Shown in pieces: positions 9,201 through 24,200 of a DNA stretch of 64,000 nt. Source of the stretch: Candidatus Woesearchaeota archaeon (GTDB taxonomy: Archaea > Nanobdellota > Nanobdellia > Woesearchaeales > WJIZ01). Location of the stretch: positions 1,999-65,998 of the forward strand of contig JAAOYF010000046.1 of the NCBI GenBank assembly GCA_018221205.1, in the 5' to 3' direction. Under the pieces are notes generated by a model. That model was not told where the DNA came from, ran no database searches, and saw only the letters and a program-made list of their open reading frames with translations. Within the stretch, counting starts at the first letter, position 1. Each line of letters starts with the position of its first letter. The position numbers and the translations under genes were made by a program.

Positions 9201-12200
9201 TTCAACTCCTCAGGCAGCGAAGATGCTGTCAATTGGAACAAATCTATTGTGGCAGCTACAGGTTCAGCTTTTTACGGTCTGTTCACTGATTCCAACGACA
9301 ATGTCTATGCAGGAATGTCTTCAAATGTCGTCGGTGTCCAGAGCGAGGATGATTGGTGGATCAAGAAATTCAATTCTTCAGGCAGCGAAGATGTTGTTAA
9401 TTGGAACAAAAGCTTTGATGAGGGAACTGCTTGGGCATATGATTATCTTAACTTCATTGCTGTCGACGCAAATGATAATGTTTTCGCTGTTGGGGATATC
9501 GACACTGGCGCAGCAGGCTATAATGATTGGTGGATCAAAAAATTCAACTCCTCAGGCAGCGAAGATGCTGTCAATTGGAACAAGACTTTCAATGCGGGCA
9601 CGAATAAATATGACAGCGCAACAGGTGTTGCCTTTGACAGCTTGAACAATGTCTATGTTTCGGGCTATGGGCAGAATGTTATCAGCGGCACTTCCAGCTA
9701 TGATTGGTGGATCAAGAAGTTTGAAGGTCATCCCATACTTGATACTTCTGCTCCAACTATACTCTTTGTGAACAAGACTGAAGCGAATGGATCCACTATC
9801 ACTGTAAATTATGCTGAGATCAATGTAAGCATCACAGAACTCAATCTGGATGCATTTACCTGGAATTGGAACGGGACGAATTATACGATGTATGATGATA
9901 GCCTGGTGTTGATGCTCAATTTTGACAATGTCTCGGCTCTTGGTGAGAGCAATACATATGTTATTGATGCGAGCAAGCAAAACAATAATGGGCTAGTGTA
10001 TGGAAATGCCTATCCAAATTCTAGTGGAAAATACAGGGGATCATTCGAATTCGGAGGCAGCAGCTCAGATTTTATCAATTTCAGCTCAAATTCAAGCCTT
10101 GATGACCTCAATAACGGAGGATTGACCTTTTCCGCATGGTTATACTTCAGGTCCAGCGGAGGGTTAGACGTCATTTTCAGTAAAGATGCATGGACCAGCG
10201 GATTGATGACGTTTTATATTTCTGATGGAGGAGCCCGAACGCTCCGGTTTATCAAAGATTCTCCGGATCCAGACGTTCGCGCTGACTGGAGCGGAATTAT
10301 CGATCTCGATGAATGGGACCATTATGTGCTTACCTGGAACGGCAGCAACATATCAAGCTCGATTTCGCTCTACAAAAATGGAGCAGAGATTGCGCCATCA
10401 TCAGAGCAAAACGGAAGTGTTCAAACCTGGTCAGATGCAGAGACAGACTTTCTTCTGGGAAGACAGTTCGACGGATTTATGGACGATATCATGCTCTTCA
10501 ATACATCCCTCTCTGCTTCTAAGGCGAAGCAGCTCTATTACTCTAGCCTACAGAAATACGATGCAAACAAATGGGGTTTCTATTCCAATCAAAGCAGTTT
10601 AGCAGATGGCACTTATACTTATCAAGCATATGTGAATGATAGCTTCGGCAAGGCAAATGCTACTGAGTTAAGGACACTCTATGTCGAGGCAGAAGCTCCC
10701 TCAATCAAATTTGTCAATCTTACTGTCGCCAATGGGACTGTGCACATCAAACCACATATCGAGGCGAATGTCTCTATCATCGCAGACGATTTCAGTGATT
10801 TTATCTGGAACTGGAACGGGACCAATTATACGTTCTATGATGATTCATTATCCTTGATGCTCAATTTCGATAATGTTTCTGCTTTAGGAGAGAATGACAG
10901 CCTGGTTGTCGATACCTCTCCTTATGGTAAAAATGGCACTGCCTACGGCAATGCAACACCAAATGTTACTGGCAGGTTCGGAAGAGCATTTTCTTTTGAT
11001 GGTGATGGAGACTATGTTTCTATGGGAACATCGAGTGTCTATAATTTCACTAATGCATCCAATATCACGATTTTGGTATGGGTTTACGCTTATTCTTTGC
11101 CAAGCTATGGGGAGATCATCAACAAGGGCAATACAGAACCAGGCTCTACCAGACAGAATTATGCTATTCAGAGCCAGGATCAGAATATCTCTTTTTTCTA
11201 TCGAGATAGTGCTAATACTGCTTGGGTGGAATATGTGACAGATGCTAGTGTGCTCTCGACAGGATCTTGGCATCATATCGCCATCACTTACAAATTCGGC
11301 ACAGGAAGCTCTGCTAAGATATACGTCAATGGAGCTGAGACATCTGCAACCTGGAGTGGAGGAACAGGCAATGAGGATCCTATGCAAAATGATGAAGAGC
11401 TCTGGATTGGTGCAGTTGATAATGGTGGTGATGACGTGATAGATGAGGAGTGGACTGGGAGAATAGATGGGGTGCGTATGTATAACCGAAGCCTATCATC
11501 GTCAGAAGTCCAACAACATTATTTCTCTAATCTTCGGAAGTATGACACTGATAAATGGAGTTTCTATTCCAATCAGACCAACCTCACCTTAGGCACCTAT
11601 ACGTTCCAGGCATATGCGAATGATACGTATGATAATCCCAATGCGACTGAATTAAGGACGGTTGAGTATAGGGTGAATCCTTATTATGGGAAATTCAGCC
11701 TTCCTCCGACAACCCACTTTAATGTCTCTGCTGATCTTTCGAATATATGTAATGCCACTTTAGCCATCAATGCTATTGGCATGATTGAGTGGAATAATTG
11801 TGTTGATGCGCGGATTGCTAATTTTGATACGTATGTCAATCTTAGTTTCAACAAAGTAAGTGTTGATCCAGTTAATTTAGACTCAAGCTTCAATAGTTCT
11901 GCTAATATTACTCTCTTTTACGTTAATCTTACTAATCCTATCATCCAAAAAGATGGTGCCTATTGTCCTAGCTGTATCATCTTAAACAATGATGGAAATA
12001 ATATCACGTTCAATGCGAGTTCTTTCTCTTCTTATTCTGCTACTGAGAGAACTAATCTTTCAATCTGGGACCTTTCTGATTCACAGACAAGCTATGCTAA
12101 TTTCACCCAGTTCTATGCGAATTATACGAATGCATCAGGTACGATAATTACTACTGGCTATTGTGAGTTCAGACATAATAAGACAGGAAGATGGGCTGCT

Positions 12201-15200
12201 CTAGGGAATATGAGCCTTGGTCCTGGATTGTATAACTGGACTGGTGATTGCGGTTATACTGCAGGAAGGAGCTGCATGCCAGTAGGAAATTATTCTTTTA
12301 ATGTCTCTTGCTTTGATCCTTCTGGTAGTAATGATAACTTAAGTTCGGTTGATAACATTGTTGTTACTGATTATAGCACTTCTTTGGCTATTGAAAATGG
12401 GTCAAGCAGCTATAGCACTGCCCGGAGTGCATATTTCTATGCGAATTATACGACGAGCCATCAGTTCAGCCAAGGGTATGGTGCAGAGATCGGCAGAGTC
12501 ATGCTTAATGTGTCTGGCTTGACACAAGTTAGTACGGTGGATTTCTTCGACTGCCAGAACACTGGAAAAAGGGATTGCATGGTCATCTCTTATCCTTTCG
12601 GCAATGTGACTGTCTTCTATGCAAATGGGAGCCAATACTGGTCCTATCTCGTCACTGGCGGGCAGACTGATGGTGTCGGCAATGGCATTGCTATCGGAGA
12701 TTTGGATAGTGATGGGTATTTCAACGATATCGCTGCTCCCACTACTGATGGTCCGAATTTTATTGTCCTCAATGAGACCGGAGATCTTGTGTTCCAGAGC
12801 AGTTTCGGGGAAATAGCGCAAAATGCTCAGGTCATCGGCATCGGCGATCTGGATGGCGATGGTATAGATAATGATATAGTAGTAAATGCTGGGTCGGAAG
12901 AATTCGATGGCTTTGCAGCATTCAATACCTCTGATGGAAAAACGTGGAACAATAAGTGGAATTACACCGAAGGAGGTGGTTCTAGTTCTGCTGGTCGAAC
13001 GATCCTTATGTATGATTTTGCTGGCACAGCCCATGATGAGGTTGTCGCTAATTGGTTCTTGGGCAGTTGCTGTGAAGCAGATAATAAAGTGGTCTACGGC
13101 AATAATGGATCACTTTTCTTCAATCTTTCAGGTTTTCAAGTCCAAGCAACGAGTCTATTGACCATTGATGTCGATCACGATGGTAAGATGGAATTACTTC
13201 AGTCGGGCTACAATGAATTCAATGTCTGGCTAGCGAACAGTACTGAACTCTGGGATAAGTCTTTCTCAGGCTATTCGTATGATGCGCAGGTTGTTGATCA
13301 GGATAGTGAGGGGTGGGATGATGATATTATCCTTCCTCGTCGTGTGTACCAGCAGTCGGCACTGTTTTTTGAAGCGTATGATAATAGCAGCAATCTTGTC
13401 TGGAGCGTCCAGCTCTCTGATACTACTGATGATCTCTACTCTATAGCTGTTTCTGATATTGATGGGGACGGTATTGAAGAGATTCTTATGGGATCCAATC
13501 AAGGATGGCTCTATATGTTCAATCTCTCTGGTAATATGAGCTGGAGCGAAAATGCTAGCTTGGGCACTATCGGTTCTAAGAATGATCCTTCGCCTGGCAT
13601 TGATCCAGGAGACATCACTGGAGATGGACTGCCTGACTTCTTGGTCGGCTTTGGTGATGGTATCTTCAAAGTGTATCAGGATGTCGGCTGCACTATCGAG
13701 TATAATGACAGCACTGCAGACATGACCTGGAATGAGACGCTCAATAAATGGCAGGCGAGCCGCGTGTTTAGCTCTACTGGTACTTGGGAGTATAATATAA
13801 CATGCTCCAAAGGAGGATATACTAACCAGATTATCTCTTCCACAATTTCCATCAGGGATGAAGCTGCAATAATTAATGAAAACAATACACAGCCTTTGAT
13901 TCCAAACTACAACCAGAATGTAAGCATTTATGCAAATGTAACAGATGCCACCGACGATATCAGCTGGGTAAACTTCACATTGCAAAATCCATCAGGAACA
14001 AATGTAATCAGTTATGAAAACGGAACACAGACAGGAGATATCTGGAATTCAAGTTCTTATATTGTTGATGAAATTGGTACGTGGCTATGGTGGATTAATG
14101 CTTCTTCGTCAGACGGCACCAAAGCAAACAGCTCAGGCTCCTTTACTATCCCTGATGTAAATTTGACTTTTTATTCAAACGAAACCAATACAACTGCTTT
14201 CAGCTTCTTAAACGGCACCTTTACCAATATAAGCTATTCCACCAGTAATAAAGCCATTAGCTTGATTCCTGGCAGAAACAAAGGGAATTACCTCTCTGAT
14301 GTCTTCAACGCCTCTACAAATGCAACATGGGTAAATATTAGCTGGGTTAGCAACAATTTGGAAATTAATCCTAAGGAGCCCCTGGTCAAGGATATGGTGC
14401 TTCTCATGCATTTGAACAATGATTCAGGATTTGGGGAAAACAATAGTTATGTTAAGGACTTTTCTTCATATGGAAATGATGGAACGTGTTCAAATTGTCC
14501 TAAATTTGTCGGCACAGGCTATTTCCAAAAAGCTGCACAGTTTAATGATTCATCATCTAATCAGCTGAACATTCAGAATGACGACAGCATTAGCTTTGCC
14601 AGTGGAGAGACCATTGCAATCTCTTTTTGGGTGAATAAAACAAAGGAACAGGCAAATCAGGCAGTATTGGCTAAAGTAGGCAACAACAACAACGATTATT
14701 TCAATTACTATATTGGAGTAAAAAGTTCTACAGGGGCTTTCAGATTTCAGTACCATAATACTAGCGGAGATATTAATTCATGGAACGGTTCCTCGGGAGC
14801 CATGGCAATGTCATTAAATAAATGGGTTCATTTTGTCATGGTATATACTTATGGTGATGGTCCATCATTTCAGTTATTTAGAAATGGCATTAATGTAACC
14901 TCTCAGGGAGGATGGACATACGGAGACGGCTCAGGGGCGCCAAGTACCAATACAAACACACTCAAAATCGGCAGGGCAGGAAATTGGTGGGGGCACATGA
15001 ACCATGCCAAAATCGATGAACTAGTCATGTGGAACAGAACATTATCAAAAGAGGAAATCTATCAACTTTATTACCGTGGAGCACAAAGACTAAACCTCTC
15101 AATTAGAAGCTGCGACGACTCTGCCTGTTCAGGAGAATCATGGACAGCTATTGATGATTATTCTTCGCAATCAATTGGAATTGCAGACAACTACTATTTC

Positions 15201-18200
15201 CAGTACAATGCAAGCTTCAACACAACAAACATAACTTATTCTCCAAAACTCTATAATATCACAATCAACTATTATTCAGACCAGATACAGCCGGGAATCA
15301 CATTAATCTACCCGCAAAACGACAGCTCATTGAATACCAGCTCAATAAACTTCAACTGGACAACAGCAGACAATTACCATTCAACATTAACCTGCAACCT
15401 AACAATAAACAGTGCTGTAAATATTTCTAATATTATTGCCGGCACATCAACTTATACAAATTATACTGTCAATGGCTTTGCAGAAGGCACATATCTCTGG
15501 AATGTAACCTGCATAGACGGCTCCAGAAACTCAAACACCTCTTTGACTTACAATTTCACATATACTCCTCCTCCGGACTACTTCCCGGGCTACTGGAACA
15601 ATGCTACAAATTCACCGGACAAAATTCATCAGAATGTTTACTTCTGGTTTAACTGGAGCGACGATAATGGATTAAGCCACTACATCTTCTCATGGAACGG
15701 CACCAACGGAACATGGATGAACGATACATCTGTAGTATTTACAGGACTAGTTAATCAATCAAACACAAGCAAATTAATCAACCTATCTGGAGGAAATACA
15801 ATAGGCTGGAGATATTATGCAAATGACACAAGCAATCAATTTAATTTCACTCCAATATACACTTTTATAGTAAGCAATACAACAAACCTTACTATAACAG
15901 ATTTATCAGACACGCAGACAGTCTATGCAAATTTCACGCAGTTCTACGCTAATTATAGCCATGATGACATATCTATCTCTTCAAATGCCTATTGCGAATT
16001 CAGGCATAATAAGACAGGGGTCTGGAAAACGTTAGGCAACATGAGTTATGATTCTGGCAGTGGATTGTATAACTGGACAGGCGACTGCGGCTATTTGGCT
16101 GGACATTCTTGCATGCCAGTAGGAAATTATTCTTTTAATGTAAGCTGTTTTGATTTATCTGGGGGTTATGATAACCTGAGCAAAGTAGATAGTGTTGTTG
16201 TCACTGATTATCCAACTTCACTAATTCTTGAAAATGGCTCTGATAGTTATAATCTCCTTTCAGTAGCATACTTCTATGCGAATTATACAAGGGATAATGG
16301 TTTTGGAGTGAATGCCCCCCCGGGACAGGAGATAGGGAGGGTGTTCTGGCGCAGCAATGATTATGAGAAAAATGCGGGTGGTGGGGTTATTGCTGCTCTT
16401 GACCTTGATGAGGATGGAAAAAAGAATGATATTGCTGCTGCTATGAGCAGGACATTTGCTAAAGATGGACTCCTTGTTGCCTTCTACTCAAACACTACAG
16501 AGGCATGGAACTATACAAGCGGCATAAACATTGATGACTTGAAAACAACAGACCTTGACGGGGATGGGTATGCGACCAACCTCTTGTTCAATACTTATCT
16601 TGACAATTTCTTTGTGTTCAATAGTACAGGCATGCAGTATTGGAATGCTTCATTAGAGGAATCTGTATCAATCTCTAGTGTAGGGGATGTTGACGGAGAC
16701 GGAAACAATGATATCCTTGTCTGGCGGCGCAATAATCATAGTGCATATAATAAATCTGGTGATTTGATATGGATAAAGAATCATACTGCCGGAACAGTAG
16801 CAAGGGAAATCGCTTTCGGCGACCTTGATAACGACGGCAAATCAGACGAGTTTGCAGTAGCATGGGGCATTGCATCTATGATAGTCTTTAATGAATCAGG
16901 GGATGAAGTATGGAAAAAAAACACAGGAGGAAGTGGATTCAGTGTTGCATGGGGGGATTTTGACGGGGACGGCTATAAGGATGATATCGCACGGGGAGAT
17001 AATTATGGTGCACTCAGGTTCTATAATGCGAGCGGCGATGCAATTGATGTTGTCACAGGCAACAGGCCTTATGAATTAATTGTAGTTGATTATGACTCAG
17101 ATGCCATTGATGATATTATCGCAGGCGTGCAGTACGGCAATGTCACTCTCTACAATGGCACGCTCGATGCACAATGGGTGTTCGATACTGCACAAGATGT
17201 CTATCATGTGCTTGCCGAGGATGTAGACGGCGACGGCATTCAGGAAGTCATTGTAGGTGATGCAACTGGTATAGTTCATTTGCTTTCTTTTAATGGAAGC
17301 CATCGCTGGAGCCAAGGCACAATAGAGAGCGGAATGGGAACAAGTGATGAAGCAATGGCTGTTCTGGATTTCAACAATGACGGATTGCTTGATATAGGGA
17401 CTGTGTCATACTATGGATTCATCAATGTCTATCAGGATGTCTCCTGTGTTATGGCATTCAACGACTCCTCAAAATACAACATGACTTGGAATAATTCATT
17501 GAATAAATGGCAGGCGAACAGGACATTTAGCTCTTCTGCGACGTATGACTACAATATAACATGCTCCAAAGGAGGATATACACAGCAACTCGGCACTTCT
17601 CAAATCAAGATAGGCTCGATACCTGTCATTAATAAGAATTATACCATTCCTACGATGCCTTTCTATGGACAAAATGTCACTATACAAGCGAATGTAACTG
17701 ATGATAATAATAATATCCGCTCAGTCAACTTCAGTTTAGTCGGTCCTTCAGGAATATGGTATATCAACTATACAAACGGGACTAACTTCAACAATGATAT
17801 GTGGAATTCTTCTTTATTTGAGCTGGGTGAGTCCGGGACATGGAGCTGGTACATCAATGTCACTGATGATGATGGATATATCACCTCGAGTTATGGCAGT
17901 TTTGTTGTTTCGGAGAACCCACCGAATGTAACTTTGCTTTATCCATTGAATATCAATGTTAGCCATACTCGTATTATAGGCTTTGTCTATAATGTTTCCA
18001 GCCCGATAGATATTTCTTCATGTTCATTATATATCCATAATATCCTGAATGATACTGACAGTTCTGTAACTGAAAACATCAACCAGACTTTTATCAAAAC
18101 CCTTAATAATGGAATATATAACTGGACTGTCGGATGTATTGACAATACAGATCAAGCTGTGAATGCAACCTTTGGATTCTTTAATATCAGTGCAGATGTC

Positions 18201-21200
18201 CTTGTGAGTGAGAATTTAAATCCCTCAAGCATCTTTGAAAATACGCCAACTAATATCTCTGTTTCCGGACATATCAACCTGTCCAATGGGGAGAATGTGA
18301 GCAATGCGAACATCCTCATCTATTTCAATAGCTCGCTTATCAGCGTTGCGACAGGCCAGACCTATACAGATTGGATGAATTACAGTTATCATTACCGCAC
18401 ACTGATTAATGTTTCACAGGCAGCATCGGCAGACCTCAATAATACTCTCTATCTGCTGAACATCTCAACAGACAGATTTATTGCCGCCGGCCGGATGAAC
18501 TCTAACTGCAGTGATGTGAGATTCACGGATGTCAACGGCGCAAACCTCAGCTTTGTACTGGTGTATGGAACATGCAATACCACAAATACACATTTCTTTG
18601 TATGGTCCAACTTAACAGGAAATGCAAATACTTCTCTGTATATGTATTATAATAATCCAGGGGCTTCTTATGCCTCATTGAGTAATCCTGACCCTACTCT
18701 AAAAGCATGGTATCTTTTTGATAATGAGTCTACTTATGGGGAGAATAACACTCATATCTTTGATTTCAGTGGGTATGGTAATAATGCTAGTTGTTCAAGT
18801 ACTTGTCCTGGATATAATTCATCTGCACAATTTGGAGGTACGTTCAATTTTGCAGGCTTTGATACTTATTTTAATGCTTCTCATAGTGAAGCATTAGATA
18901 TCAATGGATCTGCTCTTACCATTACCGCTTGGCTCTACCTCCGACAGACTGGAGCGGATGATGCCATTATCGCTAAAGCTTGGGAAACTGGCGTAAGTGC
19001 TGGTTCAATCTATCAATATGCTGTTGAATGGGATTCTAGTCCAAATGGGATTGATTTCTTTATCGGCAGGCCGGGTGGTGCAGGCCTAACAGAAGTAACT
19101 ACGACAAGTGCACCTTGGGCGGATAAATGGTTGCATTTTGCAGGAACCTATAATGGAACTCATATGGCAATTTATGTAAACGGCATCTTGAATGCAACAA
19201 CTGCTTATACAGAAGGAATTGTGAATCGGACGACACCCTTGATTATTGGAGGAGATTATCAAGGAGAACAGAATTTTGATGGTATGATTGATGATTTGCG
19301 ATTATATAACAGAACATTAAGTGCTGATGAAATATATTCCTTTTTTGCTGATAAAACTCTTTATTATGTATCTAATAATAGTTATACAGCAACTGATTCT
19401 GATGGAAATTACAATTATACTTTTGCTGTTAACGCAGGAGCCGGTAGCTATCCTGTCACGGTGAATCTTACGTATCGGGGAATGATTGGGAACAATACAC
19501 AATATCTTACTGTCAGTGAGAATAGTATCAATCTGACAGAATCCTTGAATCCAAGCAGCATTGATGCTGATACGATGACGAATGTCTTTATCTCTGGCCA
19601 AGTTAACTGGACAAACAGGACTGCTGTCACCAACACCCCAATTGAGATCTGGTTCAATGGTTCTGCTTATTTCTATAATGAATCTGGATTATTGGGCAAT
19701 GAAAGTACATGGTGGGATACTGATTGGAAATATCGTGTGAAGATTGCGTATGAACTGAATGTTACTTCTAGTCTGACCGATACGATCATTCTTGTCAATG
19801 CTTCTACTGCCAGCTACATCTCCTCGGGAAAAATGAATTCAGATTGCAGCGATGCACGATTTGCAGATAGTCTTGGAAGAAAGCTACCTGCTACGGTTGA
19901 AACGTCTACGTGCAATTCTGCTGGAACAATCTTCTGGGCATGGGCAAATTTGAGTGCGAGTACAAACACAACGATGTATATGTACTTTGGCAATAGTGGG
20001 GCTTCATTAGATACAAGCTATACAGTGCCTGATTCTGATCTTCTTGTTTATTATCACTTTGATAATTCATCTGCTTATGGCGAGAATGATAGCATAGTGT
20101 ATGATTTTTCCAGGAATGGAAGAAACGGAACGTATTATGGCAATGCATTCAGTAATTCTACTGGTTATTATGGGGGGATGCTTCAAATGGATGGTGTAGG
20201 AGATTATGTCAATACTACTGATATCTCTTGGGCGCAGACTGACAGCTTCACGATGATGTTATGGTTCTATAAATATTCTGCAACTAATGGCGTATTGATC
20301 GGTAAACATCACACTGCCAGTCCATTTGAGTTTTCTTTCTATACTGGGACAAATAGTGTCGACTTTGCTGCATGGAGCAGTCCCGGTGACACTAGCCTCG
20401 CTTTCAATGGCCAGGTGAACATCTTTGCTAATACTTGGTATCACGTCGCAGTTACGTACAATGGTTCTGTAGGTAAGATGTATGTCAACGGCATGAATAG
20501 AAGCAACGACACTTCTGATAAAACAATCGGAGATGGCACCCTGAACTTGCAGGTCGGATCAGGGTATCATCCTACCACTGCCGGAGTTGCTTACTTGAAT
20601 GGCTCAGTTGACGAAGTCCGAATCTATAACAGAAGTCTTTCTCATGATGAAATCAAAGCAATTTATAATGCCACTAAAGGCTATTTCCTTGGCAACCAAA
20701 GTTTGACTGTAACTGATAGTCTTGGTAAATATAATTATACTCTTGCTGTCAATAAATTTGCAGGAACCTACCCTGTTAAAGTGAATATGACTTCTAATGG
20801 AAAGGTTGGCAACAATACCCAATATTTGACAGCGTCATATGTAACTACTGTAACGCTGAATAGTCCAGAGAACGATTATGTTGCGCAAGATAGTATTACG
20901 TTTAATTGTTCAGCTGTCAATCTTGGAGGATTGAACAATATCACGCTGTATTGGAACTATTCTGGCAATTTTGTGAGCAATGGGACAGTCAACATAAGCA
21001 GTACTGCGAATGGGACGACCTTTACTAGGCAGTTGCCTAATCCTCGGGAGAATGTCTTATGGAACTGCCTTGCCTATGGGACGCAATCGAACTCGTTTGC
21101 TTCTGCTAACAGAACATTCAATGCCCGTACCATAACTGTTACTGAAACATTATCGCCAAGTTCGTTCAATGAACTTACCTCTACTGATGTCTCTATAACG

Positions 21201-24200
21201 GGAAACATGAACTGGAGCAACAATACTCCTGTCAATAATATGCCTATAGAGATATGGTTCAATGGAAGCAGGTATTGGTACAATGAGTCTGGTGTCTTAG
21301 GAAATGAAAGTGAGTGGCTCAATGACAGCTGGAAGTATAGGTTGAAGGTGAACATCGATTCAGTCACTACTACTGATCTTAATGATACCCTTGTGCTGGT
21401 TAATGTAACTACTCTTGATTATATTGCTCAAGGAAAGATGCAGGATGACTGTTCTGATGCACGATTCGGAGATTCTTATGGCAATGAACTTGGATTCAGT
21501 GTGGAAACGTCTACCTGCAACACTTCTCTGACTCATTTCTGGGTATGGACCAATCTGACTGGCAGTGTGAATACGTCGATCTATCTTTATTTCGGGAATG
21601 TAGATGCTGGCTTTGATCTGGATTATACTAATCCTGATGATAGGCTGCTCATCTACTATCATTTTGATAATTCTTCGGCTTATGGCGAAAATGATGCTCT
21701 TGTGTATGATTTCAGCAGGCATGGAAATAATGGTACTATAGGTAGAGGAGATGAATTCATCAATACAAGTGGCAGATTCGGAGGGGCAATGCAGCTTGAT
21801 GGGGATCTTGATTATGTCAATACAACAGACCTCTCGTGGAAGACGAATGAGAGCTTCAGCATGCTGGCATGGTTTAAGGCTTTTGATAATACTGCGGGTG
21901 TGATCTTTGGAAAGCCAACGTTTGAATATTCACTCTATACTGAAGCCGATGGATCAATCATCTTTATCTATTGGAAATCATCTGGCTTAGAAGCGATAAC
22001 TTTAGCTGAATATAATGCAGGGATTGTTCCTTATCGATGGTATATGGCAGCAGTGACGTATAATGGATCTGAAGGAAGGCTTTATATCAATGGAACTTTG
22101 AGACAGACTGATAATGCTGTTACAGGAACACTTGAGAATAAGGCCAATAACTTGCTTATCGGCTCTGGTTATCATGGTGCCCTCGGCTCTACTGGAAACT
22201 TCATTGGATTGATCGATGAGGTTCGTGTCTATAATCGAAGCCTTTCTGAGGATGAAGTCATGGCGATCTATAATGCTACTCGTCGCTATTATCTCGGTAA
22301 CCAAAGCCTGACCATGACCGATTCAATCGGCAATTATGATTATACTCTTACTGTTAATATGCCAGCTGGTACTTATCCTGTCAAAGTGAATGTCAGTTCT
22401 GGTAGTGTTGTAGGGAATAATACAAAATATCTTACTCTTACTTCTATCCCTACTAATTTGAGCATCTCAGATCTGTCTGACAGCCAGACTGTGTATGTTA
22501 ATTATACGACTTTCAGTGCTAATTATTCGTATAATTCTGCAGCCATTATTGATGGTTATTGTGAATTCAGGCATAATGCAACTGTTAGTTGGAGTTCTGG
22601 ACGGAATATGACATATAGTCCTGTTACTAAGAAATATGAAATTATTGCAGATGGCAAATATGATTCAATGATGGAAAGCCAGGAGAGGTGGATACTAACG
22701 CCCAATCATACTGTGAATCTTCTAGCCGGAGATTATTCGTACAATATCAGCTGTTTCAGCGATTATGATAATATCAGCAAAGTAGATGCCCTTTCCATCA
22801 GCGATTATTCGACAACTATGATCCTTAACAAGAGCTCATCTAATGTTACAGTGAATGCTCAAGTTAGTATCTATGCTAATTATTCTGGGCCATGGAATGA
22901 GATAGGCAGGCAGATATGGAACTTCAGCATCGGAACCAACGCCCTTGCAATAGAGGCTGCAGATATTGATAATGACGGTCTGATGGAGGTTGTTGTCGGG
23001 GGAAATACAGGAAAAATTACCCTTTACAATCACACAGGTGGACAAGTACTTCCACTTACTGGCATAGGTGATGGTTCAGTAAGTGATATTGAGATTATGG
23101 ATTTAGATGGAGACGGAATCAAAGAGATTATATATGGCACTAATGCAAATATCACTATTGTCAATGCAAGTTTTGATATACTTGCTAATGCGTACATAGG
23201 AGGTACAGTCAACACTATAGAGATAGGAAATTTTATTAACTCTAGTTTTATAGGCATAGCTGTTGGAACACAATCTGGAACTGATGAATTGAGGATATTT
23301 AATTATTCTAATGGGGATATCACGAGTCTTTGGAACTTTAATTATGATGATGCTATCTATTACGCTGTAATCGATCTTGCGGATATCAATAATGATGGTA
23401 TCATGGAAATCATCGCAGGATCCACAGGAAGCAATCTTACAGCATTCCTCGGAAATGGAACAGTTCTCTGGAATATAGATACTGGGAATTCGGTTAATTC
23501 TGTCGAGGCAGCAGATATCAACAATGACGGCAAAGTGGAGATTGTTGTGGGCAAGCATGATGAAACTGTTTTGATCTATAATTCAAGTGGCGATCAGATC
23601 GATATCGTCACTAACGCAGGGAATAATTATCCCTATGATCTGGAAATCAATGATCTTGACAATGATGGCAAGATAGAAATTATTTATGGAGATAGTGCAG
23701 GTGTGCTAAATATATTCAATTCCACTCTTGATTCTCAAGATTCTTATTCTAACGGTATCGGAATCAATGAAATAATCATCGCTGATATCAATCATGACGG
23801 AGTAAAAGAAATCATTACAGGCCACAGTGTAGGGACCAATGAAACAAGAGTGTTCAATTATACCAATGGAACTTTGTCAACACTATGGACATATGATTTT
23901 GGTAATACAATATATCAACACGACATAGCAGTTGCTGATATCAACAATGATGGTATCTATGATATGGTGGTTGGTTCTTGGAATACCATTGTTAGGGCAT
24001 TCCAGGATGTACAATGTAATATTGATTTTGGTTCTGGATATATTCCTATGGAATGGGATCCAAATGAAAACAGATGGGAATATAATCGATCATTTGTTAG
24101 CTCAGGCACTAAGCATTATAATGTCAGCTGTTCAAAGAATGCGTATGAAGCGCAAACTTTCCGCAGTAATGTCAGCGTAGCACAGACTGCTGAGTATAAT

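Noticed and set aside
8560-9740. Possible CRISPR array, because of the regular ~175-nt repeats
   Set aside because: The repeats are in-frame coding units (SBBP blades) inside an uninterrupted ORF. The repeat unit is far longer than CRISPR repeats, the 'spacers' are conserved in protein sequence, and no cas genes are nearby.
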